NCBI GenBank assembly: GCA_963696015.1
Contig: CAVOJA010000006.1
Location: 523-64,522 of the forward strand
Direction of reading: 5' to 3'
DNA: 64,000 bases
From: an uncultured Holophagales bacterium
GTDB lineage: Bacteria; Acidobacteriota; Thermoanaerobaculia; UBA5066
Position 1 is the stretch's first letter. Every line of letters begins with the position of its first letter. Of this stretch, positions 44,278 to 53,690 are shown piece after piece. The notes below the pieces were generated by a model that ran no database searches, was not told where the DNA came from, and was given only the letters and a program-made list of their open reading frames with translations. The position numbers and the translations under genes were made by a program.

Positions 44278-45905
44278 CGGGTCGGACCAGACAGCGGAGA
44301 CCAGCCGCCCGGGTGAGCGTAGGCCTGGTCACCTCGAGCGAGACGGCCAGCCCCCGATCCGGCCTCCACCGCTCGATGGCCCTGGTTCTCGCGGCGGCCG
44401 CCGCGCTCCTCGCGGCCGTCCTCTCACAGGGGCTGTTCTCGGGAATGCCGCGGATCGGCGACGAAGTCGCGTACGTCCTTCAGGGCCGCATCTTCTCCGC
44501 GGGCAGGCTCTTCCTCGCTCCTCCGGCGGTGGCCGAAGCGTTCGCGGTGGACAACGTCATCCTGACGGCGGATCGCTGGTGCGGAAAGTACCCGCCGGGC
44601 TTCCCGCTTCTGCTGGCCGCAGGCTGGCTGGCAGGAGCGCCGTGGCTCGTCAACCCTCTCCTGTTCGGGCTCGTCGTCTACGGCGTGTTTCGGCTGGGCT
44701 CGAAGCTGTACGACTCCGGAACGGCCCTGGCCGGGGCCTTCCTCTTCGCCTGTCTTCCGTTCGCGTTCCTCCAGGCGGCGAGCTTCATGTCGCACGTCGC
44801 CAGCCTCGCATTCGTGGTCTGGTGTCTTTCGCTCCTCGCGGACGGGCATTCGGAGACGTCGTATCCCCGGCTGCTGGCGGCGGGGCTGCTCGGGGGCATG
44901 GCCTTCCTCGTCCGGCCGATGTCGGCGGTCTTTCTCCTTCCGGTCCCCGGCCTGTTGATCCTGTGGATGTTCTATCCGCGGGAAGCCCGGCTGCGCGCCG
45001 CCGGCGCCGTCATCGGCGGCGGCCTCCTCCCCCTCGCCTTCCTGCTCTGGACCCAGTGGCGGACCTTCGGGAGTCCCTTCCTCTCCGGCTACGCCGTCTT
45101 CGATCGCTGGGAGAGCTTCCTCGGCAACCGCCACGGCACCCGGCGCCTCGGGGATATCTTCCGGGAGAACCTCCGTTGGTACGGGGAGTCTCTCCCCAGG
45201 GCCCTGTGGGCCATTCCCGGGCCCCCCTTTCTTTGGCTGGCCCTCGTTCTTCTGAGGCCCAGGAAGGAGGATCTCGTCGTCGCCGCGGCCGCGGGCGGGC
45301 TGGTCATGGGCTACCTCTGCTACTACTTCCATGACGTCCTCTACGGCGGTCCCCGGTTCGCATTGGAGTCGACGGCCTTCTTCGCGCTCCTTCTCGCGCG
45401 GTCGATGGCGAATGCCGCCGGTGGCCTTGCCACCCGCATCCGATGGCCCGTCGCCCGGTCCGCCGCGTTTAGACTGACCTTGGTGATGATGACGACGGCA
45501 CCCCTGTGCGCCGCGACCATGTGGAGGGAGACGCCGAAGATCCGGGCTCATGCCCTCTCGTACATGGGTATTCCAAACGAACCGATGGCCGGGGCCGACA
45601 AAGCCGGTGTCGGACCGGACGCGCTCATCCTCGTGGACTTCGAGGACCCTCGGCGGTCACTGGAGTACACGGCGGCGGACGCCCCTTCGTTCTCGGCCTA
45701 TCTGTTCCGAAATTCCCTCGACCCGTCCACGGGAAGAAGGGTCTTCGCTCGCGCGCTTCGGGGAAGAGAGCGGGAGCTCATGGCGGCCTACCCGAGGGCG
45801 GAGACGTGGCGGGTCGTCGTGAGCCTCTCGCTGCCTACGGTGGACGAAGCGCCGATGAGCGGGCCGAGCGTCCTGCACGGGATGCGATGGATGCGCCTGC
45901 CATGA
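44274..45905 (+). CDS. Polytopic membrane protein, GT39/ArnT/PMT-like glycosyltransferase fold (tentative)
   Basis: The ATG overlaps the upstream stop (ATGA). About 10-12 TM helices, with an early loop containing DE (IGDEVAYVLQG) as in GT-C enzymes. The C-terminal domain is soluble. Confidence 0.5.
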   Translation: MTGRTRQRRPAARVSVGLVTSSETASPRSGLHRSMALVLAAAAALLAAVLSQGLFSGMPRIGDEVAYVLQGRIFSAGRLFLAPPAVAEAFAVDNVILTADRWCGKYPPGFPLLLAAGWLAGAPWLVNPLLFGLVVYGVFRLGSKLYDSGTALAGAFLFACLPFAFLQAASFMSHVASLAFVVWCLSLLADGHSETSYPRLLAAGLLGGMAFLVRPMSAVFLLPVPGLLILWMFYPREARLRAAGAVIGGGLLPLAFLLWTQWRTFGSPFLSGYAVFDRWESFLGNRHGTRRLGDIFRENLRWYGESLPRALWAIPGPPFLWLALVLLRPRKEDLVVAAAAGGLVMGYLCYYFHDVLYGGPRFALESTAFFALLLARSMANAAGGLATRIRWPVARSAAFRLTLVMMTTAPLCAATMWRETPKIRAHALSYMGIPNEPMAGADKAGVGPDALILVDFEDPRRSLEYTAADAPSFSAYLFRNSLDPSTGRRVFARALRGRERELMAAYPRAETWRVVVSLSLPTVDEAPMSGPSVLHGMRWMRLP

Positions 45906-48193
45906 ATCTGCCGTCCCTTCCCTCCCTCCCGACGGCGGGCGGCGCGGCGCCGCACGCGCCGCCGCCTGTCGACGGTCCCGAAGTGGAGCTCACGATCAGG
46001 GGGATGCACTGCGCCTCCTGCGTGGGACGGATCGAGTCGGCTCTCGGCAGGGTGCCGGGCGTTTCCCTCGCCGTCGTCGACCTCCTCTCGGGGCGTGCGC
46101 GCGTTCGACTCTCGGACCCGTCGCTGTCCGTGGAGCGCCTCGTCGACGCGGTGGCGGGCGCGGGATACGAGGCACAGCCGGCGAGAAGCGCGGACCTCTT
46201 CGGGCTGGAGGAGCTCGTCGACGCCGAGCAGGCCGAACGCGCTGCGTCCCTGGCGGACCTCACCCGCCGGCTCGCCCTGGCGGTGGCGGTCGCGGTGCCG
46301 GTGGCGAGCCTCTCGATGGCGGACGTCGCGTTTCCAGGGCGCGACGCCCTCTTCCTCGTCCTGACGGCGGGCGTCCTCGCCTTCTCGGGACGGGACATCC
46401 TCGTGAGCGGGGCGCGCGCCGCCGGGCGTCTCGCCCCCGACATGAACACTCTCGTCGCGCTCGGCACGGCGTCGGCATTCCTCACGTCGGCCGCGGCCAC
46501 GCTCCTTCCGCACCTGTTCCAGGTTCCGGGCGGGCACGCGCCGGTCTACTACGAGGCGGCGATCGTCATCGTCGCGCTCGTCCTCCTCGGGCGGTTCCTC
46601 GAGGAACGGGCGAAGGGGAGGGCGGGGGAGGCGATCCGAGCGCTCGCCCGCCTCGGCGCGCGACGGGCCCGCCTCGTGCGGCCGGACGGCGACGTCGAGG
46701 TGCCTCTCGAGCGCGTGCGTACCGGTGATCTCCTGCGCGTCCTTCCGGGCGAGAAAGTGCCGACGGACGGCGTTCTCGTCGAGGGATCGACCGCGGTGGA
46801 CGAAGCACTCGTGACGGGCGAGTCGATCCCGGTCGAGAAGGTCCCGGGCGATCCGCTCCTCGGCGCGACGGTGAACGGGAACGGCGCCGTCGTCATGAAA
46901 GCGACGCGCGTGGGGAAGGAGACCGCCCTCGCCCAGGTCGTGAAGCTCGTGAGGCAGGCCCAGGCGACGAAGGCCCCGGTCCAGCGCCTCGTCGACCGCG
47001 TCGCCGCGGTCTTCGTCCCGGCCGTCGTCGTCCTCGCGCTCCTCTCCTTCGCGGGCTGGATGCTCTTCGGCCCGGAGCCGAAGCTCCTGCGTTCGCTGCT
47101 GGCCGCCACGTCGGTCCTCCTCGTCGCCTGCCCATGCGCCCTCGGCCTCGCCACCCCGACGGCTCTCGTCGTCGGGACGGGGCGCGGCGCGCAGCTCGGC
47201 CTCCTCCTGCGCGACGCGGGAGTGCTCGAGAGAGCGGCGCGGGTGACGACCGTCGTCTTCGACAAGACGGGAACGCTGACGGCGGGGCGCCCCGCGGTGA
47301 CCGCGCTCCGCCCCGCGGAGGGCGTGAGCGAGGAGACACTCCTCGTCACGCTCGCCGCGCTCGAGTCGGGATCTGAACACCCGCTCGCAAGGGCGGTCCT
47401 CGAGGCGGTCCGCGCACGCGGCCTCGGTTTCGAGCGCGCCCGCGACGTGGCGGCGGTGCCGGGCGGGGGCGTGACGGGGACCGTGAATGGCGGGCCGGCG
47501 CTCGCGGGCTCGGAGTCCTTTCTGGCCGCCCGCGGCGTGCCGGTGCCGCCGGAGCTCTCCGACGCGGGGGGCGACGGGACGCTCGTCCTGACGGCCGTTT
47601 CCGCGCGGCTTCTCGGAGCCGTCGTCTTCACCGACCCCGTCAAGCCGCACGCCCGCGAGGCGCTCGCGGAGCTTGCGGCACGGGGTCTCTCGCTCCACGT
47701 CCTGTCGGGCGACCGTCGGGGTGCGGTCGCCGCCGCGGCGCGAGCGGCGGGAATCCCGGAGGAGAACGTCGCTGCTCGTCTCTCGCCCTCCGAGAAGGCC
47801 GAGCGCGTGAAGGCGCTCCGCGCGCAGGGCGAGGTCGTGGCGATGGTGGGAGACGGGATCAACGATGCTCCCGCCCTCTCGGCCGCGGACCTCGGGATCG
47901 CGATCGGGACCGGGACGGACGTGGCGCGCGCAGCCTCGGACGTCACGCTCGTCGGCGGTGCGCTGTCGGGAGTCGGAACAGCGCTCGACCTGTCGAAGGC
48001 GACACTCCGGAACGTGAGACAGAACCTCTTCCTCGCGTTCGTCTACAACGTCGTCCTGATCCCGGTCGCCGCCGGCGCGCTCTATCCCGTCACGGGCTGG
48101 ACGATGAGCCCGATGCTCGCGAGCTTCGCGATGGCAGCCTCGTCCGTGAGCGTCGTCTCGAACGCCCTGCGGCTCCGGCGCTTCGGGAAGTAG
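45902..48193 (+). CDS. copA: Copper-translocating P1B-type ATPase
   Basis: The ATG overlaps the upstream stop (ATGA). One HMA domain (GMHCASCVGRIE). Also has TGES, a CPC motif (ACPCALGLATP), DKTGTLT and GDGINDAP. Confidence 0.92.
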   Translation: MNLPSLPSLPTAGGAAPHAPPPVDGPEVELTIRGMHCASCVGRIESALGRVPGVSLAVVDLLSGRARVRLSDPSLSVERLVDAVAGAGYEAQPARSADLFGLEELVDAEQAERAASLADLTRRLALAVAVAVPVASLSMADVAFPGRDALFLVLTAGVLAFSGRDILVSGARAAGRLAPDMNTLVALGTASAFLTSAAATLLPHLFQVPGGHAPVYYEAAIVIVALVLLGRFLEERAKGRAGEAIRALARLGARRARLVRPDGDVEVPLERVRTGDLLRVLPGEKVPTDGVLVEGSTAVDEALVTGESIPVEKVPGDPLLGATVNGNGAVVMKATRVGKETALAQVVKLVRQAQATKAPVQRLVDRVAAVFVPAVVVLALLSFAGWMLFGPEPKLLRSLLAATSVLLVACPCALGLATPTALVVGTGRGAQLGLLLRDAGVLERAARVTTVVFDKTGTLTAGRPAVTALRPAEGVSEETLLVTLAALESGSEHPLARAVLEAVRARGLGFERARDVAAVPGGGVTGTVNGGPALAGSESFLAARGVPVPPELSDAGGDGTLVLTAVSARLLGAVVFTDPVKPHAREALAELAARGLSLHVLSGDRRGAVAAAARAAGIPEENVAARLSPSEKAERVKALRAQGEVVAMVGDGINDAPALSAADLGIAIGTGTDVARAASDVTLVGGALSGVGTALDLSKATLRNVRQNLFLAFVYNVVLIPVAAGALYPVTGWTMSPMLASFAMAASSVSVVSNALRLRRFGK

Positions 48194-48199
48194 AGGCGC

Positions 48200-49000
48200 T
48201 CAGGACGGGAGGAGGAGCTCTCCACGGACGACGGTGACGGCCGATCCCGCGAGGCGGACCCGCTCGCCGTGGCAGGAGACGAGGACCGTCCCGCCGCGCG
48301 GAGAGGCCTGATAACCGACGAGATCGGCCTTCCCGAGCTTTCCCTGCCAGTACGGCCCGAGAGCGCAGTGGGCCGACCCGGTGACCGGGTCCTCGGGGAC
48401 GCCGCATTCGGGGGCGAAGAAGCGGGAGACGAAGTCGAAGGGCGACCCCGCGTCGGCCCGCGCCGTGACGATGACGCCGCGGTACGGAACCTGGTCGAGG
48501 AGGCCGTAGTCGGGCTTCAAGGCACGGACCTCGGCTTCCGTCGCGACCTCGTGGAAGAGGTCGAAGCGCGTCTTTCCGGAGTAGACGGGCGAGATCGAGA
48601 GCGCCCGGAGCGCGTCTGCGAGGGGCGCGAACTCCTCGGCGGGGGTCGCGGGGAAGTCCAGGACGATCGACGTGCCCTCGTGCTCGGCCGTCAGGAAGCC
48701 GCTCTTCGTGTGGAAGCGGGCCGTCGCGCCCGGCGCGACGAGTCCCTGCTCGAAGAGGACGTGGGCCGAGGCGAGCGTCGCGTGGCCGCAGAGGTCGACC
48801 TCGACTTCCGGGGTGAACCAGCGAAGCCTCCACGCGTCGCCCTCCGGGAGGAGGAAGGCAGTCTCGGCCTGGTGCATCTCCATCGCGACGTTCTGCATGA
48901 CGTCGTCGGGAAGAGGCGACGAAAGAAGGCAAACCCCGGCGGGATTCCCGGCGAACGGACGGGCGGTGAAGGCGTCGACGAGGTAGAACGGCAGCGCCAT
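48200..49000 (-). CDS. PhzF family isomerase-like protein
   Basis: Contains MALPFYLVDAFTARPFAGNPAGVC...ETAFL...RWFTPEVEVDLCGHATLA, which is typical of PhzF/YddE. An alternative start lies further upstream. Confidence 0.85.
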   Translation of the reverse strand: MALPFYLVDAFTARPFAGNPAGVCLLSSPLPDDVMQNVAMEMHQAETAFLLPEGDAWRLRWFTPEVEVDLCGHATLASAHVLFEQGLVAPGATARFHTKSGFLTAEHEGTSIVLDFPATPAEEFAPLADALRALSISPVYSGKTRFDLFHEVATEAEVRALKPDYGLLDQVPYRGVIVTARADAGSPFDFVSRFFAPECGVPEDPVTGSAHCALGPYWQGKLGKADLVGYQASPRGGTVLVSCHGERVRLAGSAVTVVRGELLLPS

Positions 49001-49096
49001 CCACGGAAGATACGCCCGGATGAATCCTCCGGCGCGGTCTCCAAGTCTCATACTCGGGAAAAAGAAATCGGACCGGAAGGGTCCTGGAGGCACGTC

Positions 49097-49312
49097 ATGA
49101 GCAAGGTCTTCCCCGTCAACGAGCACATCGCCGAGCGCAGCCTGCGCGTCGCCATCGGCCTCGCCCTGATCGGCCTCGCCGTGGCCGGGAAGGTCGGCCC
49201 ATGGGGGTACGTCGGCGTCGTCCCTGTCCTGACCGGGCTCGTCGGGAGCTGCCCGCTCTACACGCTCCTCGGGTTCTCGACGTGCCCGGTGAAGGCCGGG
49301 AAGCCGTCCTGA
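49097..49312 (+). CDS. DUF2892 (YgaP-like transmembrane domain) small protein
   Basis: 71 aa with ERSLRVAIGLALIGLAV...WGYVGVVPVLTGLVGSCPLYTLLG, which matches the DUF2892 pattern. Confidence 0.6.
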   Translation: MSKVFPVNEHIAERSLRVAIGLALIGLAVAGKVGPWGYVGVVPVLTGLVGSCPLYTLLGFSTCPVKAGKPS

Positions 49313-49358
49313 CCGACGAGCCGGCCCGCTGACAGGGGATGGGCTCGGGCCAGGTCGC

Positions 49359-49384
49359 GAAACCTCCGGCCGTGTCGATCGTCT
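49359..49384 (+). promoter_or_regulatory. Candidate ECF-type promoter (GAAACC-N16-CGTCT) upstream of the ECF sigma gene
   Basis: GAAACC lies at 49359-49364 and CGTCT at 49380-49384, with 16 nt between AAC and CGT. It is followed by a 7-bp inverted repeat (GTCTCAC/GTGAGAC, 49381-49399). This is a motif match only. Confidence 0.3.
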
Positions 49385-49410
49385 CACCCGTCGTGAGACC
49401 CTTGCGGGCG

Positions 49411-49986
49411 GTGACCATCGTTCCGGACGACGACGCCGGCCTGATGGGCCGAGTCAAGGCGGGAGACCCCGCCGGGGCCGAGGCCCTCTTCTCTCGTTAC
49501 GCCGGTCCGATGCTCGGCTTTACCGAGCGGATGCTCGGAAACCGGGCCGAGGCAGAGGAGGTCACGCAGGACGTCTTCCTGAAGATGATCTCCCGCTGCG
49601 AGCAGTACGACGGACGGGCGTCGGTCTCGACCTGGCTCTTCGCCATCGCCGCCAACGCCTGCCGCGACCGGCTGCGGAGCGCCTGGCGGACGACCTCGGT
49701 CCCGCTGGAAGCGGTGCCGGAGCCGAGGGGCGAGGGGTCGATCGAGGGGGGGCTTCTCGAAAGGGAGAAGCGCCGGGCCGTCCGGGCGGCGCTGGACCGC
49801 CTGACGCGGGAGCAGCGCGAGGCGCTCCTGCTGGCTCGCTACCGGGGAATGCCCTACGCCGAGGTGGCCCGGACGCTCGGCATCAGCGAGGGGGCCGTCA
49901 AGACGCGCGTCTTCCGAGCCGTTGAGACGCTGCGCGCCCTTTTCGCCGAGGAAGGAGCTACGAGATGGACTGCCGCGAGGCCCTAG
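49411..49986 (+). CDS. ECF-type RNA polymerase sigma-70 family factor
   Basis: Region 2 (EVTQDVFLKM, STWLFAIAANACRD) and region 4 (EQREALLLARYRGMPYAEVARTLGISEGAVKTRVFRA) are present. The start is uncertain: GTG at 49411 (chosen), ATG at 49444, or the longest ORF from 49339. Confidence 0.8.
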   Translation: MTIVPDDDAGLMGRVKAGDPAGAEALFSRYAGPMLGFTERMLGNRAEAEEVTQDVFLKMISRCEQYDGRASVSTWLFAIAANACRDRLRSAWRTTSVPLEAVPEPRGEGSIEGGLLEREKRRAVRAALDRLTREQREALLLARYRGMPYAEVARTLGISEGAVKTRVFRAVETLRALFAEEGATRWTAARP

Positions 49987-50936
49987 AGATCTCCGTGGCC
50001 CGGACGGCCGGCGAGCCTGCCGGTGCCCGGGATGCCGAGGCCGTTTCGCACATCGAGAGCTGCGAGAGCTGCCGCCGGGGCGCGGCGGCGCTCGACGAGG
50101 CGTGGGAGCGGATCGCGCTCCCGGACCCGGAAGTCCCTCCCGTCTTCCGGGAACGGACGATCGGCCGGATGGAAGAGGCGCTCGCCCGCCGCAACGCCGT
50201 CCCGTTCCGCTCCCGGTCGTGGTGGAGGCCCGCACTGCAGGCGGCGGCCCTGGTCGTCGCCGGGGCCGGAGGCTTTCTGCTCGCCCGGGCGAGCGCGCCG
50301 GCCGCGGTGCCGTTCGGCGGCCCCGGGGCCGTCACCCCGGCGTTCGCCGTCGTCCCGGAGCGGCAGGTCGACGTCTCCCGCGTCGGTCTCGACCTCTCGG
50401 AGAACCCGCGCCTCCGGAACGTCTCCTTCCGCCCGACCGAGGCGGACGGCCGCCTGACGATCTCCTTCGATGTGACGACCCGCTATACCGTGACGGGACG
50501 GCCCGAGGACCGCGCGGTCGCGTCTCTCCTCGCCTACGTCGTGAACGCGCAGTCGGCGACCGAGGGGGCGCGCGGCCGGGCCATCGACCTCGTCTCGAGC
50601 GAGCTGGGCGAGAAGGCGGCGGCTTCCCCCGAGATCGTCGAGGTTCTGGTGAGGACCCTGAAGGAGGACCGCAACCCGGGAGTGAGAAAGAAGGCCGCCG
50701 AGGCGCTCGTCCAGCTGCCGCCGTCGCTCGCCATCCGCGACGCCCTCGCGTTCGCCCTGACGTCCGACACGAACCCCGCCGTGAGGATGATCGCGGTCGA
50801 CGGACTCGCGCGGGCCGCCACGACGCTCCGCGATCCCATCAGCATCGAGACCCTCCGCCTCAAGGCGGCGGACCAGACGGAACCCGGGTTCGTCCGCGTG
50901 AAGGCGGCTTCGGCGCTCAGCTCGATTCCGCTTTGA
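49965..50936 (+). CDS. Anti-sigma factor (zf-HC2 type) with a TM helix and C-terminal HEAT-like repeats
   Basis: The start overlaps the sigma gene's 3-prime end. Has an H-x3-C-x2-C motif (SHIESCESCRRG), a TM helix (ALQAAALVVAGAGGFLLA) and HEAT-like repeats (DRNPGVRKKAAEAL, DTNPAVRMIAVDGL). Confidence 0.7.
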   Translation: MDCREALEISVARTAGEPAGARDAEAVSHIESCESCRRGAAALDEAWERIALPDPEVPPVFRERTIGRMEEALARRNAVPFRSRSWWRPALQAAALVVAGAGGFLLARASAPAAVPFGGPGAVTPAFAVVPERQVDVSRVGLDLSENPRLRNVSFRPTEADGRLTISFDVTTRYTVTGRPEDRAVASLLAYVVNAQSATEGARGRAIDLVSSELGEKAAASPEIVEVLVRTLKEDRNPGVRKKAAEALVQLPPSLAIRDALAFALTSDTNPAVRMIAVDGLARAATTLRDPISIETLRLKAADQTEPGFVRVKAASALSSIPL

Positions 50937-50971
50937 CCGTGACCTTTCCGGCGGTCGCCCGTCAGACCGGC

Positions 50972-52885
50972 ATGAACACGGAGACGACGATGACCCCTGC
51001 GACCCCCCGCCCCGTGTCCCGCGGCTGGACCGTCCTCTGGATCCTCCTGATCGGGACGTTCCTCGTCGTCTCGCTCGCCTGGTCGGCGCGGGCCGACCGC
51101 TACGCGGCGTCCGCGAGCCGAACCGACAAGTTCACGGCGGCCGCGCCGGCCAGGTCGCTCACGGTCGACGGCGTCAGCGGGGACGTCGAGGTGACGACCG
51201 GGCCGGCATTCACGGCCTCGGTCGACGTGACGGTGAAGGCGGAGAGCGACGCGAAGGCGAAGGAGGTCCTCGGCCAGACGAAGATCGCCTTCGAGAACCG
51301 CGCCGGGGAGCTCTCCCTCGCGACGCTCGAGCCCGGGGCGCGCTACACGCGAGACGGGGGGCGGTCGCGCCTGCACGGCTCGGGCGACGGCGGCCGGCGG
51401 TGGAGGGTCGAGGCCCGGTACCGCGTGACGCTCCCGCCCGGGGCCGGGCTCGTCGTCTCCGTCGTCAACGGCGGGGTCGTGACGACCGGGCTCGACGGCG
51501 TCCAGGAGCTGGCGACCGTGAACGGGAAGGTGGCCGCTTACGACGCGCGCCGGGACGTCGAGCTGAAGACGGTCAACGGCGGCGTGGAAGGGACGCTCGC
51601 GGCGCTCCCGCGCGGGGCGAAGGTCGTCGCCGAGACGGTGAACGGCGGCGTCCGCCTCGTCCTCCCGGTCGACACGGGCTTCGACCTGAGGGCCTCGGCG
51701 ATCAACGGCGGCATCCGGTCGACCTTCCCGCTCCCGATGAGCGTGACGGACTCGGGAGCGGACGACTCCCGCGCGGCCGAGGAGGCCGCCCGGGCCCAGG
51801 CGGACCGGGCGCGGGCCGAGGCCGAGAGGGCGCGCGCGAAGGCGGAGAAAGGCCGCGAGAGGGGAAAGGAGCAGAACGGGGAGTGGGACCGGGAGTGGGA
51901 GGAGTTCGGCCGTGAGATGGCGAGCTTCGGCCGCGAGATGGCCCGCTTCAGCCGCGAGATCTCGCGATCCGTGAACGGGAGCCTGAACCGTTCCTACGAG
52001 GGGACGGTCAAGGGGGGCGGGGCCTCGGTGAAGTGCTCGACGGTGAACGGCGGAATCGTCGTCCTGGCCGCCGGGACGACGGAAGGGGACGCGAAGTCGC
52101 TCGTTCCGAAACGCTCCCCGAGAGTCTCGGTCTCCGGCGTTCCGCCGGTCCCGCCCGTGCCGCCGGTCCCGCCGGTCCACGCCCATGGCTGGGGAGGGGA
52201 GGAGGACTCGATCGTCAAGGGGGACGTGGCCGGCGATTTCAGCGCCACGCTGCCGACGGGCGACGTGAGGCTCGGGAACGTCTCGGGGCGCGTCACGGTG
52301 CGGACGAGCTCCGGCGACGTGAGGGTCGCGTCGGCCGGAAATGGGGCCGACCTCTCCAGCTCGGGCGGCGACGTCAGGATCGATCGCGTCGAAGGGGGGC
52401 TCACCGCCTCGACCCTCGGAGGCGACATCGTCGCGGGCGACATCTCGGGTGAGACGAAGCTCCGGACGATGGGCGGCGACGTGCGGCTCCGCTCCGCGAA
52501 GGGGCCGGTGTCGGCGAAGACCGCCGGTGGCGACGTCCGGCTCCTGCGGGTCGCGGGTTCCGTTCTCGCGGAGACGGCCGGGGGAGAGGTCTACTGCGAG
52601 ATCGTCTCGAAGGACGCCGGTCCGGTGGAGCTCTCGACGGGTGGCGGCGACGTGACGCTCGTGCTGCCCGCCAACTTCAAGGGAGACGTCGAGGTGGTCG
52701 TCCGGGGCGTCGATGCCGACGGCGACTACGTCGTCTCGGAGTTCCCGGAGATCTCGGTCCTGGCGCATCGGAGCCCGGGAATCGGCGTCGTGAAGGCCGA
52801 GGGGAAGCTGAACGGCGGTGGTCCGAAGGTCTCGATCAGCGCCGCGTCCGGGACGATTCACCTTCGGAAAGGGCCTCCGGCCTGA
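50972..52885 (+). CDS. DUF4097-like (putative adhesin, beta-helical) membrane-anchored protein
   Basis: N-terminal TM helix. Repeated motifs of the types SGDVEV, NGGV, GGDVR and GGDV are typical of DUF4097. It has a central highly charged helix (RAQADRARAEAERARAKAEKGRERGKEQ; FGREMASFGREMARF) and a PPVPPVPPVPPV tract. It follows the sigma/anti-sigma pair. Confidence 0.65.
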   Translation: MNTETTMTPATPRPVSRGWTVLWILLIGTFLVVSLAWSARADRYAASASRTDKFTAAAPARSLTVDGVSGDVEVTTGPAFTASVDVTVKAESDAKAKEVLGQTKIAFENRAGELSLATLEPGARYTRDGGRSRLHGSGDGGRRWRVEARYRVTLPPGAGLVVSVVNGGVVTTGLDGVQELATVNGKVAAYDARRDVELKTVNGGVEGTLAALPRGAKVVAETVNGGVRLVLPVDTGFDLRASAINGGIRSTFPLPMSVTDSGADDSRAAEEAARAQADRARAEAERARAKAEKGRERGKEQNGEWDREWEEFGREMASFGREMARFSREISRSVNGSLNRSYEGTVKGGGASVKCSTVNGGIVVLAAGTTEGDAKSLVPKRSPRVSVSGVPPVPPVPPVPPVHAHGWGGEEDSIVKGDVAGDFSATLPTGDVRLGNVSGRVTVRTSSGDVRVASAGNGADLSSSGGDVRIDRVEGGLTASTLGGDIVAGDISGETKLRTMGGDVRLRSAKGPVSAKTAGGDVRLLRVAGSVLAETAGGEVYCEIVSKDAGPVELSTGGGDVTLVLPANFKGDVEVVVRGVDADGDYVVSEFPEISVLAHRSPGIGVVKAEGKLNGGGPKVSISAASGTIHLRKGPPA

Positions 52886-53049
52886 CGGCTCGCTTCGACC
52901 GTGCGGTCGTGATTCCGGGCACTCCCGGAAGCCCCGTGGCCCCCGCTACGGCAGGGGCTTCGTCGTTTGCTACCCTGCGGCGGGCGTCCCTTCCGGGCGC
53001 CGTGTCCGGGCGCGGGGTCCGACTCCGCGATTTCCGATCGGAGGTTTTC

Positions 53050-53574
53050 ATGAAGCGATCGATTCCCGCGGCGCTCCTCTTCGCGGTCGTTCTCCTCGCC
53101 GCTCCCGAAGCGAGCGCCGTGATCCCGGAGAAGGGCTCCATCGCGGTTTTCGCCGGAGTCGGGCCGATCCTCCCGTTCGAAGGGGACTACGACATCGGGT
53201 TCCAGCTCGAGGCCGGGGGCGAGTACTATCTCTCACCGGTCTTCGGCGTCAGGGCGACCGTCGCCTACACCGGTGCGGGCGTCGATGGCGGCTCGGACGT
53301 GAAGATCGGCGGGTTCGAGGCTTCGGCTGTCTACACCACCCGCCGCGGAGACTGGGCCCCCTTCGTTCTCGGCGGGTTCGGTATCCACACGGTCGATCCT
53401 CCGGGTGATGGGCCCTCCCAGAGGCTCGGGGCTCACTTTGGCGCGGGGACGGAGTACTACCTCGACCGGCGGACAGCAGTCACGGGGCAGGTCACCGGGC
53501 GGTTCATCGGGAGCGCCGGCGGGCGGACATCCAGCTACGCGAGCGTGACGTTCGGCGTCAAGTATCACTTTTGA
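53050..53574 (+). CDS. Small outer-membrane beta-barrel (OmpW/porin-family-like) protein
   Basis: Signal peptide (MKRSIPAALLFAVVLLAAPEASA), alternating beta-strand pattern and a C-terminal aromatic end (FGVKYHF). Confidence 0.7.
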   Translation: MKRSIPAALLFAVVLLAAPEASAVIPEKGSIAVFAGVGPILPFEGDYDIGFQLEAGGEYYLSPVFGVRATVAYTGAGVDGGSDVKIGGFEASAVYTTRRGDWAPFVLGGFGIHTVDPPGDGPSQRLGAHFGAGTEYYLDRRTAVTGQVTGRFIGSAGGRTSSYASVTFGVKYHF

Positions 53575-53690
53575 AATGACTTGCATCGACCAGGGGACGC
53601 TGCCGAAAGGCGCGCTGCACTCTCCGGCTCTACGGTGGCCTTCGCACCGGTCGGCAGACAGGAATTGACAGGGACGGGTTTTCGCCCACC

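Noticed and set aside
52138-52175. A short tandem nucleotide repeat (ccgccggtcccgcccgtgccgccggtcccgccggtc) that could be a microsatellite or a CRISPR-like unit.
   Set aside because: It lies in frame within the DUF4097 gene and simply encodes a (PPV)4 linker. There is no spacer/repeat architecture, and there are no cas genes anywhere in the window.
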